Source: a bacterium (GTDB lineage Bacteria; Patescibacteriota; Minisyncoccia; Phycocordibacterales; UBA1550). Taken from it: a stretch of DNA of 47,070 nt. Below are positions 1 through 9,956 of the stretch, piece after piece. The translations under genes and the position numbers were made by a program. Below the pieces are notes generated by a model. That model was given only the letters and a program-made list of their open reading frames with translations. It was not told the DNA's origin and did not search any database. The DNA is taken from assembly GCA_021823825.1 (NCBI GenBank), contig JAKANJ010000001.1, forward strand, positions 1-47,070, written 5' to 3'. Positions within the stretch are counted from its first letter, which is position 1. Every line of letters starts with the position of its first letter.

Positions 1-2
1 TT

Positions 3-1526
3 AAAGAGAGTGTCGCCCGTGCGGCTCTCGTCGCACCATTTGAACTTGCAGGGAAAACATTAAAGGTTGGCGTTTTTAAGCCAACAGAAACAAACACAAG
101 AGAAGCACTTGCGGACCTTGCGGAGCGCGGTTACACCATCGAAACCTATCTTGTTTCTCATGCAAGCCTTGAAAAGGTATGGGAACGTTACAAAGAAATT
201 TCCAGTTCAACAAAAAGTGAAGCTGGTGTTGTTGATATCTCAGATGAAAACATGGAGGACCTCGCAGACAGTTTTACGAACCTCTCAGACGTCTCAACCG
301 CCCTTGCTAACGTGATTACCGAGAAGACGGGTCGTCATATTTCAAAAATGTTCAACATTGTTCTTGCGGGTGCAATTGGTATCCGCGCGTCAGATATCCA
401 TGTTGAGCCAGCAGAAGATTCTGTACATATTCGATATCGTGTTGATGGTGTTCTCCATGAAGTTGCAACGCTCCCAACTACGATCTATCGCCAGTTTAGT
501 TCACGTATTAAATTGATGTCTGGGCTTAAACTCAACATAGGAGCAGAGAGCCAAGATGGTCGCTTTAGTATCAAAATGAAAAGTCTTGAGATTGAAATCC
601 GCGTATCACTTATTCCGGGCGCATACGGGGAGGGAGTGGTTATGCGTATTTTGAACCCCCTCTCCATCAATGTCACCTTAGAGGATCTTGGAATGAGCCC
701 TCAACTGCTTGCTATTGTGGACAGGGAAATCAACAAGCCTCACGGGATGATTCTCAACACTGGCCCTACAGGATCAGGTAAAACGACAACTCTCTACGCA
801 TTTCTTAAAAAGATTTATTCTCCGGAAATCAAAATGATGACCATTGAGGACCCTATTGAGTACCACATGAAAGGTGTTTCGCAAACCCAAGTTGAAGAAA
901 AAAAGGGTTACTCATTCCTTGAAGGACTTCGTGCCGCAATGCGCCAGGACCCTGACGTTATCATGGTTGGTGAAATTCGCGATGGTGAAACAGCAAAGGT
1001 CGCAATTAATGCCGCGCTCACTGGCCACATGGTCTTCTCAACACTGCACACCAACACAGCGGCAGGAACAATCCCCCGCCTTATTGAGCTTGGGGTTACC
1101 CCAAAGATTATCAGTTCTGCGCTTACGGTTGCTCTTGCGCAGCGTCTCTCCCGTAAGCTGTGTAGCGTTTGCAAAAAAGAAGACGTCCCAACAAAGGAAG
1201 AGCAAAAAATTATTGATGAAATGGCCGTTCGAATCCAGAAAAAAACAGGAGCTGTTGTACAAACAAAAAAAGTTTGGCGCGCGGTTGGTTGTACAAAATG
1301 TAACAATACTGGGTATAAAGGACGTGTTGGTATTTTTGAAGCCGTACTCATGACATCTGCTATTGAGTCGCTCCTTAACACAATTCCTAGTGAGCGCGAA
1401 ATCAGCGCAGCGGCGGAAGAACAAAAAATTCTCAACATGCAAGAGGATGGTATTGAGAAAATTTTGGCCGGTGTTACCTCCTTTGATGAGGTTGCACGTG
1501 TTGTTGATTTAGGAGAACGAGAATAG
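3..1526 (+). CDS. pilB: GspE/PilB-family type IV pilus assembly ATPase (5'-truncated by window edge)
   Basis: Frame is open from position 3 (KESVARAALVAPF...) into the listed ORF; ASDIHVEP, Walker A GPTGSGKTTT, TIEDPIEY, MRQDPDVIMVGEIRD, AALTGH, STLHTN, Zn motifs CSVC/CTKC, GYKGRVGIFE. Confidence 0.88.
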   Translation, partial: KESVARAALVAPFELAGKTLKVGVFKPTETNTREALADLAERGYTIETYLVSHASLEKVWERYKEISSSTKSEAGVVDISDENMEDLADSFTNLSDVSTALANVITEKTGRHISKMFNIVLAGAIGIRASDIHVEPAEDSVHIRYRVDGVLHEVATLPTTIYRQFSSRIKLMSGLKLNIGAESQDGRFSIKMKSLEIEIRVSLIPGAYGEGVVMRILNPLSINVTLEDLGMSPQLLAIVDREINKPHGMILNTGPTGSGKTTTLYAFLKKIYSPEIKMMTIEDPIEYHMKGVSQTQVEEKKGYSFLEGLRAAMRQDPDVIMVGEIRDGETAKVAINAALTGHMVFSTLHTNTAAGTIPRLIELGVTPKIISSALTVALAQRLSRKLCSVCKKEDVPTKEEQKIIDEMAVRIQKKTGAVVQTKKVWRAVGCTKCNNTGYKGRVGIFEAVLMTSAIESLLNTIPSEREISAAAEEQKILNMQEDGIEKILAGVTSFDEVARVVDLGERE

Positions 1527-1583
1527 TGCGCCTAAATTGTTTTTTAGAAGAGAGCGCGGTACTATAAGCAAACGGGATATAAT

Positions 1584-1760
1584 AAAAAATCCCACACATA
1601 AACCCCGAGCGGTTCTCGAATCACAAGGATCCGAGTGAGGAAACGGTCTAAGGATGGTAGTCGTGGTCGTCACACAAGGTGAAGCACCACTACGTCCTCG
1701 TCCGCGACCATGTAGTCCCCGAAGGGTCCAACCGCAAGAGGCTTATGTCTGGGATTTTTT
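1584..1760 (+). ncRNA. Candidate structured RNA (~180 nt, 5'/3' ends base-paired, ends in U-tract)
   Basis: AAAAAATCCCACACATAAACCCCGAGCGGTT (1584-1614) can pair with AACCGCAAGAGGCTTATGTCTGGGATTTTTT (1730-1760); internal hairpins; -10-like TACTAT/TATAAT just upstream. Confidence 0.4.
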
Positions 1761-1819
1761 AAAACAACAAAATGACCATCAAGTCATTTGTACATACACA
1801 CTAGCACAAAACATTTTTT

Positions 1820-2854
1820 ATGTCAAGTACCCCACCAAACAACCCTTTGCAGAGCTCAAACAAAGAAGATTTTTCATTCCTTGATCAAGCCTTGCGTCCA
1901 AGTCGTTTTGACGAATACGTAGGACAAGAAACAATCAAAAACAATCTTAAAATTCTTCTCCAAGCTGCCCGCGAGCGAGCACATCCGCCAGAACACCTTC
2001 TTTTTTATGGTCCTCCAGGGCTCGGAAAAACAACCCTGGCGCATCTTATCGCAAATGAAATTGGGTGTCAAGTCAAGTCCACTTCTGGTCCAGCCATTGA
2101 AAAAGTTGGGGATTTGGCCTCAATTCTTACAAACCTTTCACCTGGTGATATTCTCTTTATTGATGAAATTCATCGTCTCAATAAAACAATTGAGGAGGTG
2201 CTGTACCCCGCGATGGAGTCTGGTGTTCTTGATATCATTATTGGTAAAGGACCCTCCGCACGTACCATTCAACTCGATTTGCCCCCCTTCACAATGATTG
2301 CAGCTACCACACGTATTGCACTTCTCTCCGCACCGCTTCGTTCTCGGTTCTCTGGTGGAACATTTCGTCTTGAATTTTATACAGATGAAGAAATTGAAAA
2401 GATCGTACACCGCTCTGCGGGTATTCTGGGTGTTACCCTTGTAGACGACGCGGCACGACAAATTGCTGAGAGAAGCCGCTCTACACCAAGAACCGCAAAT
2501 TACTTATTAAAACGAGCTCGTGACTATGCGCAGGTCCAAAAGAGTGACCTTTCATCAAGATCAGTTGTTGAAGCGCTTTCACTCCTTGAAATTGACCATT
2601 TTGGGTTGACTGCTTTGGATAGAAAAATTCTTGAAACGATTGTCCAAAAATTTAATGGTGGGCCAGTTGGTTTAAGCACAATTGCAGCCGCACTTTCTGA
2701 AGAAATGGCAACCATTGAAGAGGTAAATGAGCCTTATTTAATTCAGCGAGGACTCCTTGAGCGAACACCCCGTGGTCGCATCGCTACACGTCTTGCCTAC
2801 GAGCATCTTGGCTTAGAGTACCCAGAAGAACTTGCGAAAAGGTTGTTTTCATAA
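1820..2854 (+). CDS. ruvB: Holliday junction branch migration helicase RuvB
   Basis: [41 protein letters not shown]...RTPRGR. Confidence 0.97.
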   Translation: MSSTPPNNPLQSSNKEDFSFLDQALRPSRFDEYVGQETIKNNLKILLQAARERAHPPEHLLFYGPPGLGKTTLAHLIANEIGCQVKSTSGPAIEKVGDLASILTNLSPGDILFIDEIHRLNKTIEEVLYPAMESGVLDIIIGKGPSARTIQLDLPPFTMIAATTRIALLSAPLRSRFSGGTFRLEFYTDEEIEKIVHRSAGILGVTLVDDAARQIAERSRSTPRTANYLLKRARDYAQVQKSDLSSRSVVEALSLLEIDHFGLTALDRKILETIVQKFNGGPVGLSTIAAALSEEMATIEEVNEPYLIQRGLLERTPRGRIATRLAYEHLGLEYPEELAKRLFS

Positions 2855-2941
2855 TTAAAATTGGGACTATTTAGTTACAAATTTAGGGTATTGTCTCTAT
2901 CTAAATTTTTAGCTATGCTGGCAGTATAAAATATACATATC

Positions 2942-3472
2942 ATGTCAGGACACAATAAATGGTCACAAATTAAGAATAAAAAAGCTGTAACGGACAGCAA
3001 AAGAAGTAAGATTTTTGGTAAATACTCAAAACTTATAGCTCTTGAGGCAAAGAAGTCTGCTGGAAACATGGCTTCTTCGGGGCTTCGTGCTGTTATTGAG
3101 CGCGCTCGTAAAGACAATATGTCCAACGATCTTATTGACCGGGCGGTGAAAAAAGGCGCTGGTGGCGATGCGGGGAACATGGAGGCAGTACTCTACGAAG
3201 CTTATGGTCCTGGGGGGTGTGCCATTCTCATTGAAGGGCTGACAGATAATAAGAACCGCACTGTCGCAGAAATAAAACATCTTCTTTCAAAACATAATCT
3301 TGCTCTTGCCGGTCAAGGTGCGGCAATTTGGGCGTTTACAAAAACATCAGAAGGTTATGAGCCCCAAACCACTGTTACTCTTTCTGAGGAAGACGGTGAG
3401 GCGCTCTCTACCCTCCTTGAGGAGCTTGATGACCACGATGATGTTCAGGAAGTGTACACAAACGCCGAATAA
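2942..3472 (+). CDS. yebC: YebC/PmpR family protein (short form)
   Basis: MSGHNKWSQIK, YEAYGPGG, TDNKNRT, DDVQEVYTN; adjacent to ruvC. Confidence 0.92.
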   Translation: MSGHNKWSQIKNKKAVTDSKRSKIFGKYSKLIALEAKKSAGNMASSGLRAVIERARKDNMSNDLIDRAVKKGAGGDAGNMEAVLYEAYGPGGCAILIEGLTDNKNRTVAEIKHLLSKHNLALAGQGAAIWAFTKTSEGYEPQTTVTLSEEDGEALSTLLEELDDHDDVQEVYTNAE

Positions 3473-3541
3473 TTTTTTACAACCCCTAAGACCACTTTTC
3501 CTTTTTGCCGTTTTTTAATTTTGTCGTGTTACACTATTGTC

Positions 3542-4024
3542 ATGCGAATCATTGCAATTGATCCTGGGTATGAGCGTCTCGGTATTGCGATTCTTTCTCG
3601 TGGCGATAATGGTGAGAAAAAAGAGACACTTCTTTTTTCAGAGTGTTATAAAACAAAATCCTCGCTAAATTTTTTTGACCGTCTTGAGCTTATTGGACGT
3701 GAGGTTGAGCGTGTCGTGCGTGAATACTCTCCCAAAGCTCTTGCTATTGAAAACTTGTTCATTGAGACAAACCAAAAAACGGCAATGCGCGTTGCGGAAG
3801 CGCGCGGGGCGATTTTGTACCAAGCTCGTGTTTTAGGCTTAGAAATTTTTGAATATACACCCCTGCAAATCAAAGTGGCAACAACAAGCTACGGCCGCGC
3901 CTCAAAAGAGCAGGTAATGACTATGGTTCGCCAGCTTGTTTCAGGTGCGAATAACATAAAACAAGATGATGAGATGGACGCAATTGCAATTGGCCTTACT
4001 CATTTTGCCTACGAGAAGCCATAA
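3542..4024 (+). CDS. ruvC: Holliday junction resolvase RuvC
   Basis: MRIIAIDPG, AIE, EARG, EYTPLQIK, GRASKEQV, DDEMDAIAI; ATG at 3542 preferred, with TACACT at 3530-3535. Confidence 0.94.
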   Translation: MRIIAIDPGYERLGIAILSRGDNGEKKETLLFSECYKTKSSLNFFDRLELIGREVERVVREYSPKALAIENLFIETNQKTAMRVAEARGAILYQARVLGLEIFEYTPLQIKVATTSYGRASKEQVMTMVRQLVSGANNIKQDDEMDAIAIGLTHFAYEKP

Positions 4025-4074
4025 AAAGCTATATTTTACAAGGTTTTTGATGTTTTTTACCCATCGTCCACAGG

Positions 4075-4083
4075 TTATCCACA
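4075..4083 (+). promoter_or_regulatory. Perfect DnaA box (degenerate second box at 4064-4072)
   Basis: TTATCCACA, preceded by TCGTCCACA, in intergenic DNA. Confidence 0.55.
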
Positions 4084-4186
4084 GGTGGCAATAAATAGCC
4101 TTGCAGAGAAAAACTCTTTTTGCTACAACTATGTGGTCTGGAGCAAAAATCCTCTCCAAAGACAACTAATTTTTAAACATTATAAT

Positions 4187-4324
4187 ATGAGCGACGAAGA
4201 AATAATTGAAATTAACCCAGATGAACTTGATGAGAACGAACTCTTTTTAGATGATGATCTTGATATGGAAGAGGAATTGGATGAAAATGAAGACCTTGGT
4301 ATAAATTTTGGTCTTGATGAATAG
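4187..4324 (+). CDS. Extremely acidic 45-aa hypothetical microprotein
   Basis: MSDEEIIEINPDELDENELFLDDDLDMEEELDENEDLGINFGLDE: 22/45 D+E, no K/R/H; followed by a terminator. Confidence 0.65.
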   Translation: MSDEEIIEINPDELDENELFLDDDLDMEEELDENEDLGINFGLDE

Positions 4325-4339
4325 TGATTGCTATATTGC

Positions 4340-4374
4340 AAACAAAAACCGGCTTCAGCGCCGGTTTTTTGTTT
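4340..4374. terminator. Bidirectional intrinsic terminator
   Basis: AAACAAAAACCGGC-TTCAGC-GCCGGTTTTTTGTTT between convergent genes. Confidence 0.8.
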
Positions 4375-5703
4375 CTAGTCTACCTGGACGAAACGCCTCT
4401 TCCCTATTTTATAAACACCAGGCGCTGCAGGTTTGTTAAAATCTGTAATTTTTTCTTCTCCTCCTTCTTTTAACAATTTTACTGCACCCTCATCCACGAG
4501 TCGCCTCCATTCACTTTTTGAAGAGAGTATTTCAGCGCGAACAAGTAGCTCTGAAAGAAGTTCCCCATTTTTCGCGGTTATTTTTTCTACCTCATCAGGG
4601 ATTTCTTTTTTTTGAAATGTCGCAATGAACACATCACGTGCCTTTGTCGCATTTTGGGAACCGTGATAAATAGAGACGATTTCCTCTGCGAGGTTGAGCT
4701 TAATGTCTCGTGGGTTTGTTTTTGCGTCTTTAAGTTTTTTCTCAATTTCCTCAACCCTTTTTGCGTCAGCAGAAGTACAAAGTTTGTAGTAGTTTAGAAT
4801 TACCGTGTCAGGAATAGACATAATTTTCCCAAAAATGTTTGTTGGGTCCTCACTGATGCCAATATAGTTATCGAGGCTCTTGCTCATTTTTTCTTTACCG
4901 TCGGTTCCCACAAGAATATCCATGCTCATTACCGCTTGCTCTGGTTGTGAGCTCGCTCTCATCACCTCGCGCCCCATAAGCATGTTGAATGTTTGGTCTG
5001 TACCGCCTATTTCCATACTACAATCCCCATATATCTTGTACAAAACATCAGAATCAATGCCTTGAAGCACGGGGTAAAGCATCTCATGCATAAAAAGTGG
5101 CCGCCCCTCTTTAATTCGCTCCTGGAACATGTCTCGCTCTATGAGTTGTGCTTGTGTTATATGTTTAAGCATCCAAAGAAGCCCCCTTAGGGTAACTCCA
5201 TGAACCGCGGTCTTACCAAGATGTGTTTTTTGCATCCTTGTGTTCTCATAAAGTTGAGATTTCTCTGCAAATGAGCCGCCTTCAAGATCTGTAACTGAAT
5301 AAAACCAGTCGGAATTTCGTATCCAGGAAAACACTTGGGGGTCGGTAGATAATATTTTACCTACCTGACTCAAATAACTCTCCATGTTTGCCTCAACCTC
5401 TTTTTGCTCAATCTCTGGCCGCACTTTACTTTTTCCAGTTGGGTCGCCGATTGATGCCGTAAAGTCTCCAACAAGAAAAACAACCTTGCATCCGATATTT
5501 TGGAATTTGCGTAATTTTTGAAGTACAACCGCGTGGCCAAGGTGTAGGTCGGGGCGTGTTGGGTCTACGCCAAATTTTATAATAATTTCCCCCACATCCT
5601 CGCCCTTTATTTTTTTGAGTAGTTTTTCTTTAAATGTGCCGTTTGGATCAACAAATGTTGCAACTCCTCGCGTTAGTAGGTCGTCTAATTCTTCAACTTT
5701 CAT
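4375..5703 (-). CDS. tyrS: Tyrosine--tRNA ligase
   Basis: GVDPTRPDLHLGH (HIGH-like), IGDPTGK, YPVLQG.D, GGTDQ.FN, KMSKS, C-terminal S4-like region ending KIGKRRF. Confidence 0.96.
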   Translation of the reverse strand: MKVEELDDLLTRGVATFVDPNGTFKEKLLKKIKGEDVGEIIIKFGVDPTRPDLHLGHAVVLQKLRKFQNIGCKVVFLVGDFTASIGDPTGKSKVRPEIEQKEVEANMESYLSQVGKILSTDPQVFSWIRNSDWFYSVTDLEGGSFAEKSQLYENTRMQKTHLGKTAVHGVTLRGLLWMLKHITQAQLIERDMFQERIKEGRPLFMHEMLYPVLQGIDSDVLYKIYGDCSMEIGGTDQTFNMLMGREVMRASSQPEQAVMSMDILVGTDGKEKMSKSLDNYIGISEDPTNIFGKIMSIPDTVILNYYKLCTSADAKRVEEIEKKLKDAKTNPRDIKLNLAEEIVSIYHGSQNATKARDVFIATFQKKEIPDEVEKITAKNGELLSELLVRAEILSSKSEWRRLVDEGAVKLLKEGGEEKITDFNKPAAPGVYKIGKRRFVQVD

Positions 5704-5824
5704 GTCCCCACTTTATCATAAATATAAACTATTGCCAATAAAATATTATTGTGGTACAGTCGCAATTCAACAACCATTTTTAAAAAGACTCTTTTTTATT
5801 TTTGTTGTATAATATAGCAACTAT

Positions 5825-8362
5825 ATGGCTCCTAAAAAACCCTCGCCTTTCATTAAAAAACAGCTTCATTTCCTTTCTCGCCACAAAAAAACAATCTTCC
5901 TTTTTTTTGTAGGATGTTTCTTCCTTTCAGCAGGAGCCTTTCTCTTGTGGGCATCGTTTATACCTCTTCCTGATTTTAATACTTTTAAAGACAGTAAAGT
6001 TGTAGAATCAACCCAAATTTATGATCGCACGGGTAAAATTCTTTTATACGACGTGCATCAAAATGTACAACGGACCGTTGTCCCCTTTGAAGATATTTCC
6101 CCTTGGCTTAAAAAGGCTGTGGTTTCAATTGAAGACTCTGGCTTCTACACCCATGGCCCTATTAGCTACACAGGACTCGCACGGGCAATCCTTTTCCTTG
6201 GAACGCGTGGTGGTGGGTCTACAATAACTCAGCAGGTTGTTAAAAAAACATTTCTTACTGATGACAAACTTATAACGAGAAAATTAAAGGAAATTGTTTT
6301 ATCGTTTAAGCTTGAGCAAGCATACACAAAAGATCAAATTCTCGGCCTCTATCTCAATGAAATTCCTTATGGAGGAAATATTTATGGGGTTGGACAAGCA
6401 AGCAGTGCATTTTTTGGTGTTGACCCAAAGGATCTCACTCTTGCTGAATCTGCATACCTTGCCGCTATCCCAAATGCTCCAACTTATTATTCACCCTACG
6501 GAAACCATAGGGATAAGCTTGATGAACGAAAGAATCTTGTTTTAAAGCAAATGCTTGATCTTGGCTATATTGATAACACAACATACCAACAAGCACTCAC
6601 AGAGAAAGTTACTTTCCTTCCTCGACAATCAACGGGTATTAAAGCTCCTCATTTTGTTGAGTGGGTAAAAGAGTATCTTGCAAATAAATATGGCGAACAA
6701 GCGGTTGAGGAAAATGGTTATAAGGTGATTACAACACTTGATTATACCCTTCAACAAAAAGCTGAGGATGTTATTGCTCAGTATGGCCCAAGTGTTGAAA
6801 AGAACTATAACGCAAAAAATATGGGGCTTATTGCTATTGACCCCAAAACGGGGCAAGTTCTTGCAATGGTGGGTTCTCGTAATTATTTTGATGTGCAAAA
6901 CCAGGGGAACTTTAACGTTACCCTTGCCGCAAACCGTCAACCAGGATCAACGTTTAAACCATTCGTGTACGCTACTGCTTTTATGAAGGGGTATACACCA
7001 GAAACAACGGTGTTTGACCTTCCTACAAACTTCAGCACAAACTGCGACGCTCACGGTGTTCCCCTCTCTCCCAATATTAAACCGTCAGATTGTTATATGC
7101 CGGTAAACTTTGATGGAAAATTCCTTGGTCCGGTTTCTCTTCGTGACGCACTTGCACAATCAAGAAATGTCCCATCAGTAAAAGTGTTATATCTTGCTGG
7201 GCTTAATGACTCTCTTAATACTGCAAAAAAAATGGGGGTTACAAATTTGGGTCCTGCTTCTCAATATGGGTTAACGCTTGTACTTGGTGGAGGGGAAGTT
7301 TCACTTATTGATATGACGAGTGCATATGGAGTTTTTGCAAATGATGGGGTTAGAAACCCGATTCAGTCAATCCTTAGTGTTGAAGATAAAAATGGAAATA
7401 TTGTTGAGCAGTATCAACCATCAAGCGAACAAGTGATTCCGAGTGAGGTTGCTCGTAAAATCACAAACATTTTAGCTGATAATGTTGCCCGAACACCAGA
7501 ATTTGGAGCAAACTCTGCGCTTTATTTCCCCAACCATGATGTTGCGGTAAAAACAGGTACAACAAATGATTATCGTGATGTCTGGACAATTGGATACACA
7601 CCGGATATTGCTGTTGGTATGTGGGCAGGAAATAACGACAACTCACCAATGCAAAAGAATATTGCAGGGTTTATTATTGCTCCAGTTTGGCATGCTTTTA
7701 TGGAAGAGGCGCTAAAACTTACCCCTGACGAACATTTTATCCCGCCTGCACCAGAAGATTTAACCACGCTTCCTGCTCCTCTTGCGGGAATCTGGCAAGG
7801 TGGTGAAAAATATATTATTGACACGGTTTCAGGTAAGCTTGCAACGCCAAATACACCAGAAGAAACAAAAAAGGTTGTTGTTGTCCCCGATGTGCACTCA
7901 ATTTTGTATTGGGTAAACAAAGACAATCCACTTGGACCACCCCCTGTAAACCCTCAAAATGACCCACAATTCAATCTTTGGGAAACACCAGTGCGTGAGT
8001 GGGTTGCTAAACAAAACATCAAGGAAGGCGATCGTAGTGGCATTCCAACCACATATGATGATGTCCATGTACCAGCGACGGCACCAAATCTTTCTGTTAC
8101 AGGTTCAGACCTCACACAACCCCATAATGCGAATGAGGTATTAAACCTCGTGGTGGCAAACACAAATATTTATCCATTAAAGAAGGCGACTCTTTATATT
8201 AATGGTCAGTTTGTAGAGGAAAAAGATAGTGAACCTTTTTCTTTCACTTTTACTCCATCAAATATTCCTTACATTTCAACAAATAATACCGTTTCTATTG
8301 TTGCGTATGATTCCATATATAATAAGGCTGTATTTACCGCACAATTAGCAGTACAACAATAG
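5825..8362 (+). CDS. Class A penicillin-binding protein (PBP1A family) with C-terminal Ig-like domain
   Basis: N-terminal TM; glycosyltransferase motifs EDSGFY, GGSTITQQ, RKLKE, YLNEI; transpeptidase STFK, SRN, KTGT. Confidence 0.93.
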   Translation: MAPKKPSPFIKKQLHFLSRHKKTIFLFFVGCFFLSAGAFLLWASFIPLPDFNTFKDSKVVESTQIYDRTGKILLYDVHQNVQRTVVPFEDISPWLKKAVVSIEDSGFYTHGPISYTGLARAILFLGTRGGGSTITQQVVKKTFLTDDKLITRKLKEIVLSFKLEQAYTKDQILGLYLNEIPYGGNIYGVGQASSAFFGVDPKDLTLAESAYLAAIPNAPTYYSPYGNHRDKLDERKNLVLKQMLDLGYIDNTTYQQALTEKVTFLPRQSTGIKAPHFVEWVKEYLANKYGEQAVEENGYKVITTLDYTLQQKAEDVIAQYGPSVEKNYNAKNMGLIAIDPKTGQVLAMVGSRNYFDVQNQGNFNVTLAANRQPGSTFKPFVYATAFMKGYTPETTVFDLPTNFSTNCDAHGVPLSPNIKPSDCYMPVNFDGKFLGPVSLRDALAQSRNVPSVKVLYLAGLNDSLNTAKKMGVTNLGPASQYGLTLVLGGGEVSLIDMTSAYGVFANDGVRNPIQSILSVEDKNGNIVEQYQPSSEQVIPSEVARKITNILADNVARTPEFGANSALYFPNHDVAVKTGTTNDYRDVWTIGYTPDIAVGMWAGNNDNSPMQKNIAGFIIAPVWHAFMEEALKLTPDEHFIPPAPEDLTTLPAPLAGIWQGGEKYIIDTVSGKLATPNTPEETKKVVVVPDVHSILYWVNKDNPLGPPPVNPQNDPQFNLWETPVREWVAKQNIKEGDRSGIPTTYDDVHVPATAPNLSVTGSDLTQPHNANEVLNLVVANTNIYPLKKATLYINGQFVEEKDSEPFSFTFTPSNIPYISTNNTVSIVAYDSIYNKAVFTAQLAVQQ

Positions 8363-8367
8363 TTTTA

Positions 8368-8622
8368 TTATTGAATCTCTGTATAAACACCTTCCCCTAG
8401 AGCCTTCTCTATTTGTTTTAATAGCTTGTTTTTTTGAAGAATTATTTCTGTTTTTATTATTGGGGGTGTTTTAATTAAAATTGTTTTTTTTGATAGTGTA
8501 ATTTGGTTGATTTTTACTGGTAGGCTCGCTTTATTAAAGATCTCTATTATTGCTTCTTTTTTAACCTTCTCTGTATTAGGAAGGTTTCTAAAGCGCTCTA
8601 ATAGTTGTTGAATAGGAATCAT
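8368..8622 (-). CDS. Hypothetical protein, possible DciA/DUF721-like helicase loader
   Basis: 84 aa, coupled to dnaN by a 1-nt stop/start overlap; TILIKT...KTEIILQKNKLLKQIEKALG...TEIQ resembles the DciA N-terminal pattern. Confidence 0.5.
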   Translation of the reverse strand: MIPIQQLLERFRNLPNTEKVKKEAIIEIFNKASLPVKINQITLSKKTILIKTPPIIKTEIILQKNKLLKQIEKALGEGVYTEIQ

Positions 8623-9722
8623 TACTTTGTTAGAGGCATTGTTAAATAAGTAAAAGATGAATCACCTAACCCATGAATCACAACAGCTTTATTTACCTCG
8701 TTAAACTCTAAAACAAGGCTGTCTCGGTCTATTACACTCAAACAATCAAAAATATGCTTTCCGTTGAGTGCTATTTCTATCGGCTCTCCAGTCATTGTAG
8801 CGGTGAGACTTGTTTCTGTTTCACCAAGTTCTGTGTTTTTTGTAGAAATCAAGCACCTTTTCTCTTTTGGGTTGATGTTGAGCTGAATTTTATTAAATTT
8901 GTCGGAGAATAATGTAGAAAGTTTAATTGCGTTTAAAAGGTCTTGTTTAAGTACCACTATCTCTGTCGCGTGTTTCTTGGGCAAAATTTGCTCGTAGTCT
9001 GGGTAAATTCCTTGAATAACTCTTGATGTAGTATAAGCGGTTTTTCCAACGCAGGATATTTGGTTTTTAGTAATTTTAATAAGTAGTTCCTCGTTGGAAG
9101 ACTCAAAAACTTTAATAATTTCAATTATGTTTTTGATAGGAATAATTATCCCTTTAAAACTTTTACTGTTTGGGTATGACACCTTTTTTTCAGCGAGGCG
9201 GAATGAGTCGGTTGCAACAAAAACAATGTTGTTTGCTTCGTGATGGATATAAACACTTGATATTTCTGGTTTTATATCAGACATTGAAGCACTCATAAGG
9301 ACACTTTTTACACCCTGTATAAATTTTACTGAAGAAATAGTAAAGCTCTCCTCATCAGAAATATTTGGAATTGTTGGAAAATCATCTGGGGTAAACCCTT
9401 TAACACTGATATTTTTTGTTTTTGTAATTATCTTACAAACCCCATTATTTGCTGTAATTGTAATATTCTCTTCATCGGGAATATTAGCAAGGATGTTTGA
9501 AAACAGCGTCCCGGGTATAGCGACGCTTCCTTCAGTTTTAATTTCTGCTGGAATTTGAAATTCTACCCCAACTTCTAGGTTTGTTGCACGGATAATAAGA
9601 ACCTTTTTATTTGTAGCTAGAAAAACAGAACTAAGGATAGGCAGAGATAAATTCTTCCCCGTTATCCTTTCCGCATTAATAATGCATTTTTGTATTAATT
9701 CTCGGTTGCAAGTAAAATTCAT
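8622..9722 (-). CDS. dnaN: DNA polymerase III beta sliding clamp
   Basis: LPILS, ATNLE, DFP, VATDSFRLA, GIYPDY, YLTMPL; 366 aa, downstream of dnaA. Confidence 0.96.
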   Translation of the reverse strand: MNFTCNRELIQKCIINAERITGKNLSLPILSSVFLATNKKVLIIRATNLEVGVEFQIPAEIKTEGSVAIPGTLFSNILANIPDEENITITANNGVCKIITKTKNISVKGFTPDDFPTIPNISDEESFTISSVKFIQGVKSVLMSASMSDIKPEISSVYIHHEANNIVFVATDSFRLAEKKVSYPNSKSFKGIIIPIKNIIEIIKVFESSNEELLIKITKNQISCVGKTAYTTSRVIQGIYPDYEQILPKKHATEIVVLKQDLLNAIKLSTLFSDKFNKIQLNINPKEKRCLISTKNTELGETETSLTATMTGEPIEIALNGKHIFDCLSVIDRDSLVLEFNEVNKAVVIHGLGDSSFTYLTMPLTK

Positions 9723-9956
9723 AGTATAGGTGTTTAATTATATATAAATACTTATTATTACTATTATATATGTTGATAAGTGGATAAACACAAAAAAGCA
9801 TTCATTTTATTAACTATTAATGAAGAACCTAAAACCCCTTCTTGTGGATAAAATAACAAAACAAGAGAATAAACAAAATTGATCAACCTATTTTTAATAA
9901 ACATACCTCGTGTTGTTAACATATTTTTAATATTTATCCACAAGAAACACACATAA
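9723..9956. promoter_or_regulatory. oriC: Probable oriC unwinding region (dnaA-dnaN intergenic)
   Basis: AT-rich stretch, NAN trio-like run TATTATTACTATTAT (~9753-9767), then DnaA boxes TGTTGATAA 9771-9779, AGTGGATAA 9779-9787, TGTGGATAA 9843-9851, TTATCCACA 9934-9942. Confidence 0.8.

Noticed and set aside
1584..1760. RNase P RNA, SRP RNA or tmRNA
   Set aside because: It lacks GAGGAAAGTCC, the CAGG..GGAA..AGCAG motif and tRNA-like ends, and is too short for RNase P RNA or tmRNA.
1654..1884. 76-aa ORF MVVVVVTQ...
   Set aside because: It overlaps the ruvB start and the predicted RNA stem and has no recognisable protein features.
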